Assembly (NCBI GenBank): GCA_973895155.1
Contig: OZ316896.1
Coordinates: 930,001-994,000 of the forward strand
Source of the DNA: Marsupella aquatica
Taxonomy: Eukaryota; Plantae; Marchantiophyta
DNA length: 64,000 nucleotides
Direction: 5' to 3'
Made by a program: the position numbers and the translations under genes. Position 1 is the stretch's first letter. Each line of letters begins with the position of its first letter. Under the pieces are notes generated by a model. It searched no databases. It was not told the origin of the DNA and was given only the letters and a program-made list of their open reading frames with translations. This document shows, piece by piece, positions 26,501 to 39,208 of the stretch.

Positions 26501-29500
26501 TGCTAGTAAGGGCATCCAGCTCTGCTTCCAATTCCGCCTCAAGATCTGCCATATGTTCAGTCTGCTGTGGGGTCTCCGGTGCCTCCCTCCTATACAAATC
26601 GAACTGCCTGTCCGTTTCTTCGATGGCTGGAGTAACTGAAAGCGGATCCAGTGGAGACTCGGATTGTAGACTCAGATTATTGCTACTAACCTGTTATAGC
26701 CACATAGTTAACAAGGATCTTAGAATACTTTTCAAACCAGAACTATAAAGGTCTCCAACTTAAAGGATTTCTTGCGTCCTACATTTCTTGTTTCTCAGCC
26801 ATTGATCAAATAATGTCCACTCAGCCGCTGCGAAGATGACCCAGGTAGATGTATAGAACAATAAAAACATTCGCGAGGAATTTCACATACTTCACGCAGA
26901 ATGTGAGCGTAGGAAATTTACAGAACATATCAATGGAATATTTTCCCATCTACAGGAACGTAGCTTTCCATCACATCATATATCTCGAAATCACTGATCA
27001 TCACAGATTGAGGGAAATCTACTGCAATGTGACAACATTTCTGTCACAGGAGTGGATCTTGGTCGCATGAGAAAGGTTCGTGGAATGGAACAAGTGGACG
27101 AAAAACTTAGCATAAATACCTCCAATGTAACAATTTCTTCGCTGGAGAATCGTTCTGCGACGATAATTTCTTTTGACAGAGATGTAGGAGCACGCTCGTT
27201 GGAGTCTCGGTCTGCAACCACAATTTCCTTTGAAGGTGATGCAGTCGCCTGTGCTATTGAAGACTCTCTTGCTTGCAACAGCATATCGTTCAGGCTCTCG
27301 ATCGTCTCTTCTGACTTTTGCAGCTCCCTGCTCAACCTCCCGACCTTATCATCCGGTCCATCGATCAGAGACATCACTCCAATTCCCACTCCAAAACAGA
27401 ATAAAAGCCCTTCCATTGGTGGGATGACGAGAGCTGAAAACAAGGTACGACAAAAACGAGGCATGTCGATAACTTCGATCAAGTATGCCCATCATTGATA
27501 ACCTTAGATTACTAACTCAAATAAAAAACTCTATTCATTTTTCTAACAAACAAAATCTTAAAATTGTTGGTAACCACGAAAAAATATTATGTGCTGTAAA
27601 ACGCCCTGGTGCGAAAATGTACTCCGGTCAGGAAAGGACTATTCAAGATTTTACCCGTTGCCTGACCCTGTTTATGTGTTCAGATTGCATGATACCATTT
27701 TGGAGCAAATAGCATATTTCTTTCGTTGGTGGTAATTATTTACCCGTACAACATGGGACAAGATAACTAATCTAGTTTCGCGTTTCTCGAAAGGGAGAAC
27801 TAGTTCCAGTTGTTGTTGATACACCACAGAAACCTCCGACCACACTAGGAATATATGATACGGAGTAACTTGAATCGCAAACGACATCCCAGGGACATTA
27901 ATTCTTGTTGACGATCTGCTCTAGATGAGATGCTGAAAACGTTAAGGCTAACTTTCAATGCTGCATCCGCGTGCATACCCGGCAGCCCACCACCCTCCAC
28001 CACAGACAAAAACACCTCTCAATGCAGACTGGCCACATGCCCCAACTCATCCAGTACTCTCTGAGTGGCCCCACTTTTTTTCAAACGAATTTGGTCATAA
28101 TTTACTTATTCTTGCCCTCTCTTGATTCTGCTTTAAGACTACGTTGACGTATAAGAGGATTGCGATAGCACGGAATGGGGGGAATCTTACCTTCCAATTC
28201 GTAACCCTTAGTCTGGAGATGGGTGGAGTTGACAGAAGGAGAACAAGCCTGAGAAACCTTCCTTTTCTTCATAGCTACCGGCAATGTTGTGGGCCTCAAA
28301 AGAACATCACTTAGCTTAGATTGACTCGAGACCACTCTTCCCCTGTCTTCGTATACCACTTTCCGTGGATACTTAGATGCAGACTCGACTGATTGTGGAT
28401 CAACTCTTTCGGAACTACCACCTCCACCGCGTGAAAATGAACCCCTTGGCGGCGGAGTTCCTAGCAGAGGCAATCCCAATGCACCATCAGTCTGCTTAGA
28501 ACTTTGTCCTTCTCTCCCATCTAAGGATGAGGTAGGAGAATCCGAATTTGAGACATCTTTCAAAAAAGGATTTTCGACACCTGGGTCGTGTTGATCGCCT
28601 CCTCGGCTAACTGAAGTTGAAGAGAAGTTCAGAGAGCGAGCAACCCGAGACCCTTCGTTGTCCCTCTCAGGAAATTGAGCTCTGAGGCAACTCTCCAACG
28701 CAGACACAGGTCTAGGCGACTCTCTCATTTTGCGCATGTTGCCTCTCCCAGACCTGCTCAATACTCTCGACTTCCTGGAAAATCTGAAAGGGGATTTCTC
28801 CTCCGTCGGAGACACTAAGAAGGCACTGTCGAAGCCGAAAAACACCTGAGACAGATCCACAGCTCCGAATCCAGAGCTCGTGGAAGGCTCGTCGAAACCC
28901 GCAACGTCCCTTGGTACAAAAGATGCTTCCTTCATCCATTTTCCCGTAATGCTCGTGAGTTTCACTCCGCTTGAATCAGACTTGCTCGAATCCTTTGCAT
29001 CTTTGGTCCGTTTGCCGGTGGAGAGAGGAGCCGAATTGCCGGCCCCCATTCCTACCTCTTCGATCCCTCTACTCACTTTACCTCCGCCGTCTCCTGCCCT
29101 TCTTTTCCCTTTCCCCCCTGGAGGAATTTCCGCATCCTCCAAGGAATCCAGCTCAGGAACTTCTACCTTCAGATTTCGCGCTTTCACAATGTCACTCACA
29201 GATACTACTTGTCCTCCTTGAACTAGTGCTTGGGCTCGTGCATGCGATTCGTTTGCTGCCCGCAGAGAGAGAATGGCATTAACAGTCTCCGCTTTGGCTG
29301 AAGCGGATTTGCCCTTGTCTGCGAAATTCCCCTTTTCTATTCTGGCTACAACTGCCGCCACACTGCTCGCCGGCAAATCTTTCGGAATAATTGAAGAGCT
29401 GCCGTCATAGATCACCATATTCGCTAAACTGGATTTCGAGGAGGGTTTCGCTTCATTCTCAGCTGACTTCCTTCTAGAGGTGACCTCAGGCGACTCAATG

Positions 29501-30414
29501 CGCTCACCACTGGGCTCGGAACTCTCAGGAGCGGCAACCGCCGCTCCCAGAGAAGATAGAGACCTGTTTGTGAGTCCACTGGACGAATAGAGCGAATCCG
29601 GAGTGTCAATTTCCCTCCTGCTTGATCCAGCCGAGGGCGGCCCACCGTCGCCCACATCTCCACCGAGGTAGCCCTGCAAACTCCTCGAGCTGATAGACCC
29701 AGAGTCGGTTCTCCTCTTGCCCTTGCGGAATGAATCCCCAGCCAGCTTCAGGCAACCCGGCGACGATTCCGTGGATGAATCATCGTCATCGTCCGCAGCA
29801 CCCGGAGAAGAACCTTCTCTCCCCGGGGCCTTACTACTACCCCTGAAGCTAGACCAGGGACTTCTCCTGCTGCTGCCGGTGTACCCAACTGAAGCAGCAG
29901 CATCGCGGGACAAAGACCTCTCCGCCCCAGCGGATCCTATCCACCTGCTGCTCTCTCGCTCCCCATCTCCAGAAGCAGAAGTCCTATGCCCTCCTCCCGC
30001 TGATAAAGTTGTGACACCTGATTCTTTCTTGAACGCCTTCGCAGTTTTGCTCGAATCGGAGGAAAAGAGCTTTTTACTGAAAGCTTTCGGAGAAAAGTTC
30101 CGCTTCAGAGGCTTTGGGGCCAACTCCGGCGTCTTCTGAATCCTTGCCGTATCCAAAGGCGTGGTCGACTCTCCCTTTTCTTCATCTCGAGGCGGCTGTG
30201 AAGCCGACGACGATGACGCGGACGTCAAGACATACTTGATGTTTCGGTTATCCTCCACCCGCCCCTGATGTTCTTCCCTGAGGTGATGCTGACTATCATG
30301 GGAGTCAGGACCATCGTCATTAGGGTGGTCAGTGAGTTGAGGCTTGGGTCTGAGAGTCCTGTGCCAGCATCTAGCAAGATACCCCGAACCCGCGGCAACC
30401 AGTAGGAGCCACAT
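23583..30414 (-). CDS. POLAR-like family protein (coiled-coil scaffold), about 1570 aa, with very long low-complexity insertions
   Basis: Exons 30414-28191, 27433-27120, 26690-26460, 26019-25716 and 25222-23583 have GT-AG borders with matching phases (1,0,0,1). Family motifs in the expected order: MWLLLVAAGSGYLARCW, SALESCLRAQ, LFCFGVGIGVMS, MADLEAELEAELDAL, LDPEGVAGVADRDL, GVPPRELSRLLRKVQNSRQEHRIAELEADL. An in-frame upstream ATG at 30606 is an alternative start. Confidence 0.8.
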
Positions 30415-31884
30415 TTCTCTCTTGGACTTCTCATCCAGCCCTTCGCCCTGTTTCCCAGCAAAAAGAATGACGCGCAGTACCTCTCGCCAGATTTGCACGA
30501 GGATTATGCCCTTTCGCCAGTGCTCGTCGATGATCACGCTAGCGCTGCTGCTCGTCCCTGCTACTTGGTTATTATTATTATTCAGGTCACGAGCTGCATC
30601 GCTCATTATTCAGCCCCCCCTCCCCCACTACTAACATACTATCACCCTCCCTCGGAGCTCCCTTCTCTCTCTCCTTCCTTCCACCTTCCCAATCCTTCCA
30701 GTCCTTCCAATCCCTTAAATCAGACGCTCACAACCGCCCTCCTTGTAACCCGTCCCAGCCCAGCCCGAGCTTCCTATTTCTGCCTTAATGTGGATGCTCA
30801 TTTAACAACTCGCAAGCGACAGCATTGTTGGCACTTCTTCTATCCAGCGTCGTTCTCGTACCACACGGAAATGCGTTCCTCCTGCTAATCTAAGTCCACT
30901 GTACACAACTCCGCCGTCTTTCCACCTCTTCGACAATATCCTGTGATAAACCTTTCCAAAGTACTCACTACCGAACGGCAATGGAGGTCAATCAGTAGAC
31001 ACTGAGCATTCAACCGGTATCAACAGATAATCCGAGGATATTGCACACAATTAGCACCAGCGAGACATCACTGCAAGCCCTGATCCACCGTCATCGTCTC
31101 AATCCAGACCTTCTTTAACAAAATAATTCTTCTCCTCGCCCGCCCGACCCCCGCCTTATCCGATCAATCGCAAAATAATCCGCACGGCCCTTTCCAGAAA
31201 CACCCGAAGAAAACCTCCACCTACCGCTTTCTTGACAGTTCAAAAACGCCGCTCTTCGCCATTCTCAGTGGGTCAAGAACAACATCCGACACGAACTGAG
31301 GCCCGTTCAACGACACGAACGAAACCTGGACTCTGCCTTTTTCCTCCAGCATGCAAAAAAGAAAGAACTGACCTAAAACCCTCGATTCTCAATCAACCGA
31401 ACGAACCACACATTCTCCACCGAAAGGGACCTCACCTCTCCTCACCAGGTTGCAGCTGCACCATCAACATTCATCCCAGACACACACAGAGCCGAGGAAA
31501 CGCAACGACGCCCGAGCGAGCCTAATTCGCGAGAAAGCTTGCTCGTTCGTTCGCTCGATCACCACTGTGAAGGTTTCGTTCTTATTGTTGTAATGCAGGG
31601 ATGCGGTTGACGATGCGAGTGCCTAGCCATCGCTGCTTCATTGCTGCTTTCGTCGTCCATCCGCAGCGATATCGCTTTTTCCCTGCCCCCGTAACGGGGC
31701 TTCCATCGTCTTTCGTGTCCACGAGATCGCGCGCAACCTTGCTTTCTTCCATAGCCAGAAAGGCTTCAAAAGCTCGTGTTCCTCGTTCCTTATCTTGTTC
31801 TTGGGCCGGGCTGGGCCCGCCCCCGTCCTCTCCTCTCCACCCCTCTAGTCCTCTAGTCCTCTACCATACAGTCCCTTCGTTCGG

Positions 31885-32330
31885 AGGTAATTAAAGGCAT
31901 AAGCATTCATTAGACTCGCGATTGACTCTCGCGTGTCCCTAATCTTCAGTAAATCAGGACGTAATTGAAGACATAAACATCGATTAGTTTCGAGATTTGC
32001 CCTCGTCCCTAATCGTCGGGACGTAATTAGAGGCTTAAACATTGATTAGCCTTGATCTAGTCCCTAAGGCACAAGCATTTATTAGTTTCAAAGATTGCCT
32101 CTAGTTCCTAATCATCAGGACGTAATTACAAGCGTACGCTTTTATTAGCCTCTCGTCCCTATTGCGTAAGTGATGATTGCTTTCGAGGTTGCCTCTCGTC
32201 CCCAATCTTCAAGACATCATTAAAGGCATAAGCATTCATTAGTTTTCAGACAGCCTCTCGTCCCCAATCTTCAATACATCATTAAAGGCATAAGCATTCA
32301 TTACCCTCGTATTTATCTCTGGTACCTAAT
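31885..32330. repeat. ~60-bp minisatellite immediately upstream of the POLAR-like gene
   Basis: Units contain ATTAAAGGCATAAGCATTCATTA, CCTCTCGTCCC(T/C)AATC and GGACGTAATT; about 7 degenerate copies. Confidence 0.8.
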
Positions 32331-33169
32331 TTCACACAAGAATACACTAACGCCTGCAAAATGAACAATTGATCCACTTTCAATTGGGGGGAAGTGTACT
32401 CTCGACGTTTGACACTGTTAGGGTGGGTCCCATTTACAGTTAGGGAGAGTTAGTGATGCCTCATGAATTCTTTTAGTGGTAATTCCTCCAAAGCCCACAT
32501 AAACTACTTCGTGCAATCTATCCTAGTAATCCATCACTTTTTTTGGTAAGTGTTGATCATTCACTTTGTACCCTTGACCACTTGATAGCATAGTGCATTT
32601 CTTTGTAGTCTGAAATATTTGTTCTAAAACAATGCCAATTTTGCAGAGCCCATGGACCAGCCAATCGCAGAGAAGCTTATGGTTGGCAATTGCAATGTTT
32701 GGGGGTGTCTTCTAGTAGATATTTGGACTCTTTAGTAGTTCTGTCATTTCTTACATGAGTTGCGGACTTCTTACATTGAAAGATATCATGTGGACTTCGA
32801 GTAAGGGCTACCCCGAGTAAGCAGTTTACTTGTAAGTGATCAAGACAAGTGGCAAGTGGAGATCGAAACAAGTGACAAGGAGTACTTTTGACACCAGTTG
32901 TTATATGTTATATGGTGAATCTGTCTTTCATGTTTTGTCTTATTCAGATTTTGAGTCCAATATTTTTATTTTACTATGCCTTAACAAGGGGAATACTTTT
33001 TTTATTCAGATTCTGAATTATTTGCGGGACCCCCTTTAATTTTTATAATCTTAGAGTGTTGTGAATTTATTTTTATCCTAGCAATCCAAGATCTAGTGAA
33101 TTTTTATCACTTGATAGAAGTTACACATTTACTCATGAGTGTGAGAGAAAATGATTATGAACATGCTAT

Positions 33170-33735
33170 ATGACAAACAATTTTTGGAGCACACAATTAC
33201 ACTCCTTTATTTTTAGTTTTCTCTTTTGCTTTACAATGGTTGCCTTCGAGTGGGCTACTTGTGAATCTTGTCACTGGTCTTACGGCGGCCCACTGCCTCT
33301 CTCTCTCATCAAGCTCAATACCCCTCAAGTAGCTCTTTGAATGGAGCAAAACCTAGACAAACTCTCTTGCTCAAAACAAGCCAAGGGCTAAAATAACCTT
33401 ATAGAAAAATCCACCTCTTTAAGCTTAGTTTAGCAATCACCAATGTCTCTCTAATTTTATTAGCTCTCTCACAACTAACAAGTAGAATTTTTCTTTATAA
33501 CCCATAGAATACCAGTATCAACCTAGAACAGCAACCAATCAACCAACCCTCTTAGAATAATTGAATCAAAAACAATAATAATCAACTGATTGAGTCATGC
33601 CTAACCTTTATATACAACCCCAATTAAGATAAAATTGGACTTTCTAAAATCCAAAATTGACAATATATTTAATTTAAAAAATAATAATACTTTTAATTCA
33701 TATTATATTTAAAATATATTTTTGGTAACGCAACA
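33170..33735 (-). mobile_element. Old solo/truncated LTR related to the LTRs at 38418-39208 and 60911-61725
   Basis: TTTTGGAGC..CACTCCTT..TTACAATGG.TGCC.TCGAGT..CTGG.C.TACGGCGG.CC at about 33181-33300 matches about 38497-38620. It ends ..GGTAACGCAACA, i.e. a TGTTG start on the minus strand, like ..GGCACGACA at 39208. Confidence 0.6.
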
Positions 33736-36099
33736 TCTAGTGGTACACATGACCTGATCAAGTGAGTAGTTTACATTGAAAAATTATGATGGTACCTTTT
33801 TCATATCTGTTGCACTTTTGTTCATTGAAGTGTGTTTTAGGCTCCTTGCTCACTGTGCATTCATGTTATAAAGATTTTAGAGATATATTTTTTGGACGAT
33901 GACAATGAAACCTTGATTCCTTTGGTTGATCAAAGCCAACGTGCTTTCCAATTCGGTGTGAATGAATCTTTAGGTCCTTCTAGTGACCCCAACTTTGGTT
34001 AAAAGGTATTTGTTGGTCCCTACAATAAATGGCAGTGTGTTTTATAGTCAACATCATTTATACTTTTTTTTATGTGTATATTTACATGGAAAGAAATTTG
34101 TGTTTACATACTTTGTAGGTGTTACTTTCACTAGTGCTATCAATTTTGAAGATCTTTCGTTTAAGAAGCATAATTATGTTGAAGCTATTAATGTCATAAA
34201 ATTAAGTTACCTTTGCTATTTTCAAATTTATTTGCTCTACGAGAGTGTCCGCTGTCTATTTCTCAAGTGTGGAGTCTCAAAAAGAAAGACCAACTCTCAG
34301 GTAGGATCTCATTATCAACCTTGTTTTGATGGTTGTTTGCAATGCATGGCATCAATTGAAATTCTTGCAAGATAGCATTACAATTCACTTAGATTATTAT
34401 CATGTGGGAATCTTTTGAAATGTCTATCATCCTGAAGTGTAGTGTTTTTATTTTAGGTTTTACAATTCAACTAGTGAATTTCTCCTTGTTGAAGGATAAA
34501 TACAATATGAAGTACATAGATTTTATGGTTCCTTCATATTTTCTTACCTACTAATTAAAATGAAGTGGTTCTCCAAGTTTTTTAAGTTACAGAGTATATC
34601 ATGATAGCTCTATTACGCATGACAAGAAAATGACTAATGATGGGGATATTTTTGTTTTGTCACTCCTACAAATGTGGGTCTAGTGGTAAAGTGACATTTT
34701 AGGAAGACAAATGAAAGGTTGGGTGAGATCTTGAGCCCAACCAAGATAGTTGTGTAGTCTTCACAACTACTATAGTGTCACGGAACACAACCAACTCCAA
34801 GGCCAAGGAAGATATTCATTTTCGTCACCATGTTGATGTGAAGGGCAATCACAACTAGTTTGCATAGTTCAAACTCATAAGCCTTGCTTGTATCCATCTT
34901 TCAAGACACTCCAAACCCATATATATATGTCGCCCACAACTTTCAATTGTCGACTGCATTATTGGAGACGGGCCTATTTTGGTTGGCTTCAAGATTTGAT
35001 TTCTTAGCTTGTATAAAGAAGACACACAAGTTAAATTAGATTACTGTTGTGAAGCCTAATGAGGCCACATGGACGCGCTTGAGGTCTACTATGCACCTTT
35101 GATGGAGGCAATCAAAGTCCAACAATAAATCTATATTGAAAAAGAAATATCTAGTTGTTGGAGAAGAGCCCACTATCCCAAAAGAAACCATTATTATTTG
35201 GATTATCATTTGTCCCATGTGCAAGTAGGATTGGTCTTGTTTGTTAGATAATGCTATGTATGAAATATTTTTAGAATTTCTATAATGAGATTCCACTACT
35301 CCTATTGTATCGATGGATTACTAAAATCAAGCAAATGCCCATTGTGCTGCCAAATGATCAAAAATTGGTAACTTTAAAAGTTGACACTTCCATGCTATAG
35401 TGTTATTTTCCTCTACCGAATGTGGATGTGCAACCTCCTCATGTTGTGCAATTTAAGGAGATTGAGGATAACCTAATTGGTGAGGCAATGGACTACCTGA
35501 TTGCAAAAGAATACCATCAAAGTGGAAGAAGGCACCAAGCTAGTATATTTTGAAAATTTTATTGCTAACTACAAGGAATGGAGCAAGAGCAAACCATAAC
35601 TCTTGCAATATCTATTGAAAATCTTGTACACAAGTATTAGAGAAAGGGCATGACAGTTCAAAATGCTTGGAAGATAGTATGTTAGGATGCACAATTCTTT
35701 GCTTTTTCAATGTACGCTTGTGCCATGTAAGATTGATAGTGTTTGGTACTTTGTAGGCTAAAGTGCTAGAAGTGTGGCAAGACACCTTTGATGAAAATGA
35801 TTATGAAATTGGCCCTACAAAGTGGGGTATATTGTGTGAGGGAAGCAAAGGTAGAACTAGAGGAACCTGGTACAATTGGTGCAATAGAGGATAAGCCAGA
35901 GAAAATAATGGAGGGTACAGAGGATAGAGAGGATGGATCGGATGAACTAATGAATGGAGATTACAAGCCAGCTAAAGTGCAACCACAATAAAAAGTTAGA
36001 GGGGAGGAGTTGATAACTTAGGACCCACCACAGGATCCAAGTGACGAATATATGGACACTGACCTGTACAATGATGATATTTCTCATAATCCATCAACT

Positions 36100-38400
36100 C
36101 TTTAGAATGTAGTGGAAGTTTTGCTTGAAGATTTTCTTGAGAAATCAGGTGGAAACCCTCTCATGGTGGGAGTTGGACTTAGACTAATGGCCACCGACCC
36201 TATCCTCGGATATCTATGTCTAGAAATAACCCAATACGCTGAGTGCTTTGCCAACTCTAGTACATACATCTTGAGGATGGGGTTCCTTGGCCCCCTCTTC
36301 TCAATGTCACCTCCTAATGAATAGGCCAGTAGGTAGGAGTAGGCCCTTAGAATCATGGTTAGATCCACTTGTATATGCTGATAACCGAACATGTCCTTGG
36401 GTGGCACAATGCTTGTCTGTGCAGGTTTCGTAAATAAGAAGACCTAGTCTTGCAGGTTGTAATAATAGGAGTGTCCCTAATCAACTGGCCTTGATATTTA
36501 AATGGACCCCTTTAGTGTTATAATTCACGATGAAACAACCCACTTTGGCTCAGGCAAAATGGGCAAAGGGAGTGTCCTTATTCAGAACCATTGACCCCTA
36601 TGCATCTTGGATTGAACCGTCCCTTTGGAAGTTCCTAGAGGAAAGGCTCCCGAAAAACCTCCTTTCACAAATTCTTGTGCTGAAACATAGGTCCCCTCAA
36701 GAGAGAAACTTTATTGTCATGGCGATCCGCACTTGTGCTATTGATACCTTGGTCCCCTGGCTCAAGCAACTTTTTACCCGAGTGTTCCTTATGCCCAATA
36801 GAGAGAGACGGCCCCCGTCCCCGGACAGTTCTCAAGTCGAAGTCCCTCACCCCCCTTGCCATGGTTACCTTTGCATCCTTTAATGTTAATGGTCTCCGAA
36901 CCAAACTGGAACAAGTTTGGCACCAAGCCTTGAAGGATGGATGGAGTGTGTTTGGGCTCCAAGAAACACTACTCCCTTCTTCCCTTCCTCCATGTCTCGG
37001 GCCATTTGAAGTCACAGTGTCCCCTCGATCAGATCGCCCAGGCGAGAGGGGTGTTGCCTTGGCAGTCAAGAAGGGACTTCGCTCTGCAATCCACTTCTTG
37101 GATCCCAACTTTATCATTGCAGCGGTTACTTTCCCGAGGTTACCTCTCTGTACCTGGCTCATTGCTACAATGTACGTTCCGTGCATCCGAGTAGAGGTGG
37201 ATGCACATACAACCATGCTTGTAATGTTGGGAACTGCTTGCCAGACGTTACTCACAAGACACCCACTACGACGGTTCTTTATCATGGGCAATTTCAATTG
37301 TCATCCTCCAAATATGGCAGACCTTGTTTTTACTCTGGCCCCACCCCTCCATTGGCTCACCACTAGTGGAGATGCGCGCACATACCGTAGTAAGGTGAAT
37401 CCTCTGGTTATGCGCAGTGCTCCCCTGGTGTTACACTCCCTAGTCCGCACTGTCGACATTGCGGATCACTACTCGATTGTTGTCGAGATCGAGGGGTTGA
37501 CGACCCTTGACCATACTATGATACCCCCAAATAATCAGTTTGACAAAAGGGGCTTGCGGTCCCTGGATACCTTAGGACTCATGCGGGATCAAAGATGGGA
37601 GAGGTTGCTCCAGGATAGAACCTTCTCTACGAATAAGGTGTTTGACACCATGAATGTGGTTGCTAAGTCTGCCCACCTTATCAAACCACTCCACCCTCCA
37701 TGAGTCAAGGCCTTGGATAGCTTGCTTTGGAGGATGTTACGGAGACGCCGCTCCCTCGCTATTATGGACTTCTAATGGGGACCCAATGCACTTTGGCCTT
37801 TACTCAGTACCAACAAGGTAGGACCCGATATAATGTCCGGGTCCAAGCTCTATGACACAATGATTTCCATGTCCGGCTAGATGTTGGCATCTCTCTAATC
37901 CAGGAGTGTGATTTTGGCGGGTTCTAGAACTAGGTACGCTCAATTTCTGGGAGCGGGAATAACTACTCCCCATCCCAGGTCATAGAGGCTGACAGGGTCC
38001 TAGAAGTTGAGACTGAACCCATCATCGTTGTATGACACAACACTTGGATTTCCTATATGCTTATAACCCCCCGGAAAATCTAGAGGATTTATGGCGCCAA
38101 CGCAAAGTGATTGTCCCGCAGCATCCCAAACTATGTGACATTAATGGCCCCATCACACTTGAGGAACTCGGTTGTAGCTTGGCTCAGATGGTAGGCGGAC
38201 ATTGTCCTGGTCCGGATGGATTTCCAGCTGAATGGTTTAAAATCATTATGAAAGACCTGTGTTTTGGTTGCTCCAAATTTATCCCACTTGCCCCAACCTT
38301 CTTCACACCAGTGATCCTAAGGACCCTCAACTCCATGTTTAGGGATGGGGTTCCCACGGATCACAACATCGCTTGGGTCTACGCCATCCCAAGGGCGGTC
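36100..38400 (+). mobile_element. LINE (non-LTR retrotransposon) relic: ORF1 remnant, APE endonuclease and start of RT, truncated by an LTR element
   Basis: ORF2 from ATG 36861 shows FASFNVNGL, GLQET, GVALAV, MGNFN (GDFN-like) and ADH. Downstream of stops are PITLEEL, CPGPDGFPAEWFK and WVYAIP (start of RT). The left boundary is approximate. Confidence 0.8.
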
Positions 38401-38417
38401 AAGGGCTTTGAGACCGT

Positions 38418-39208
38418 TGTCGCAAGGACTTAAAGTTAGGGGCTCCTCGAGCAAACTGCGCATTTTTGGCTGCGATTGGGACAGGCAACAAGCACTTTTT
38501 GGAGCGAACTCTCACTCCTTGATTTTTTTTACTTTTCTCACAAAGGTTACAATGGGTGCCCTCGAGTAAGCTTGCCCGCAAGAGTCTGGTAGCTGGCCCT
38601 ACGGCGGGCCGCTACCTCTAACTTGTCGAGTTGAACTCCTCGAGTGACTATCTACTCAAAATATGACGGAAAAACTCTCCTCCTTAGCTCACAAAACCAA
38701 AACTTGATTAGCTACTCCACTAGTCTAAAATAGCTCTCACGGAACTCGGGCTTGGACCAACGAGGCTCCAAACTCAAGAAATCCCCGCCTGGATCGACGA
38801 GGCTCCAAACTTGAGAAATCCCTGCCTGGATCCAACACTCGCACAGAACTCCAAAACCGTCGCGCAACAGTCGAGTTCTGCAGAACAGAGTGGAACTCAC
38901 AGAACAAAACTCAACAGATCTCAATAGATAACCGCCAACCTCAATGAGCTGAGGCTCAAGTCTTAAGTAGCATCGAAAAGCCAACCATCCAGCCTGAGCC
39001 AGCTGCCATCAACGAGGCTCATCCAAACTCCAAGCCTGGTGACTCACCCAAACACCAAACCTCGTGATGACGAGTCACCCAATCACCAAACCTCAATCCA
39101 TCCAACCAAGCAGCCCCTCCGAGTCAGCATGCACGTAACCCAATCGGGATGCCTCACCCATCATTCCCTATAAAAGTCATTCTTGAGCCAAAATCTTTCG
39201 GCACGACA
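38418..39208 (-). repeat. 3' LTR of decayed Ty3/gypsy copy A
   Basis: On the minus strand, PPT TGGGGGAGAA (39218-39209) is followed by TGTCGTG... and ends ...GCGACA. Homologous to 60911-61725. The outer end is approximate. Confidence 0.7.

Noticed and set aside
28102-30606. 834-aa ORF as a stand-alone single-exon gene
   Set aside because: A strong donor (GAAG|GTAAG at 28191/28190) joins in phase to downstream exons carrying the conserved family motifs.
34400-36000. Possible decayed transposase sequence
   Set aside because: AT-rich and stop-riddled; no motif I can identify with confidence.
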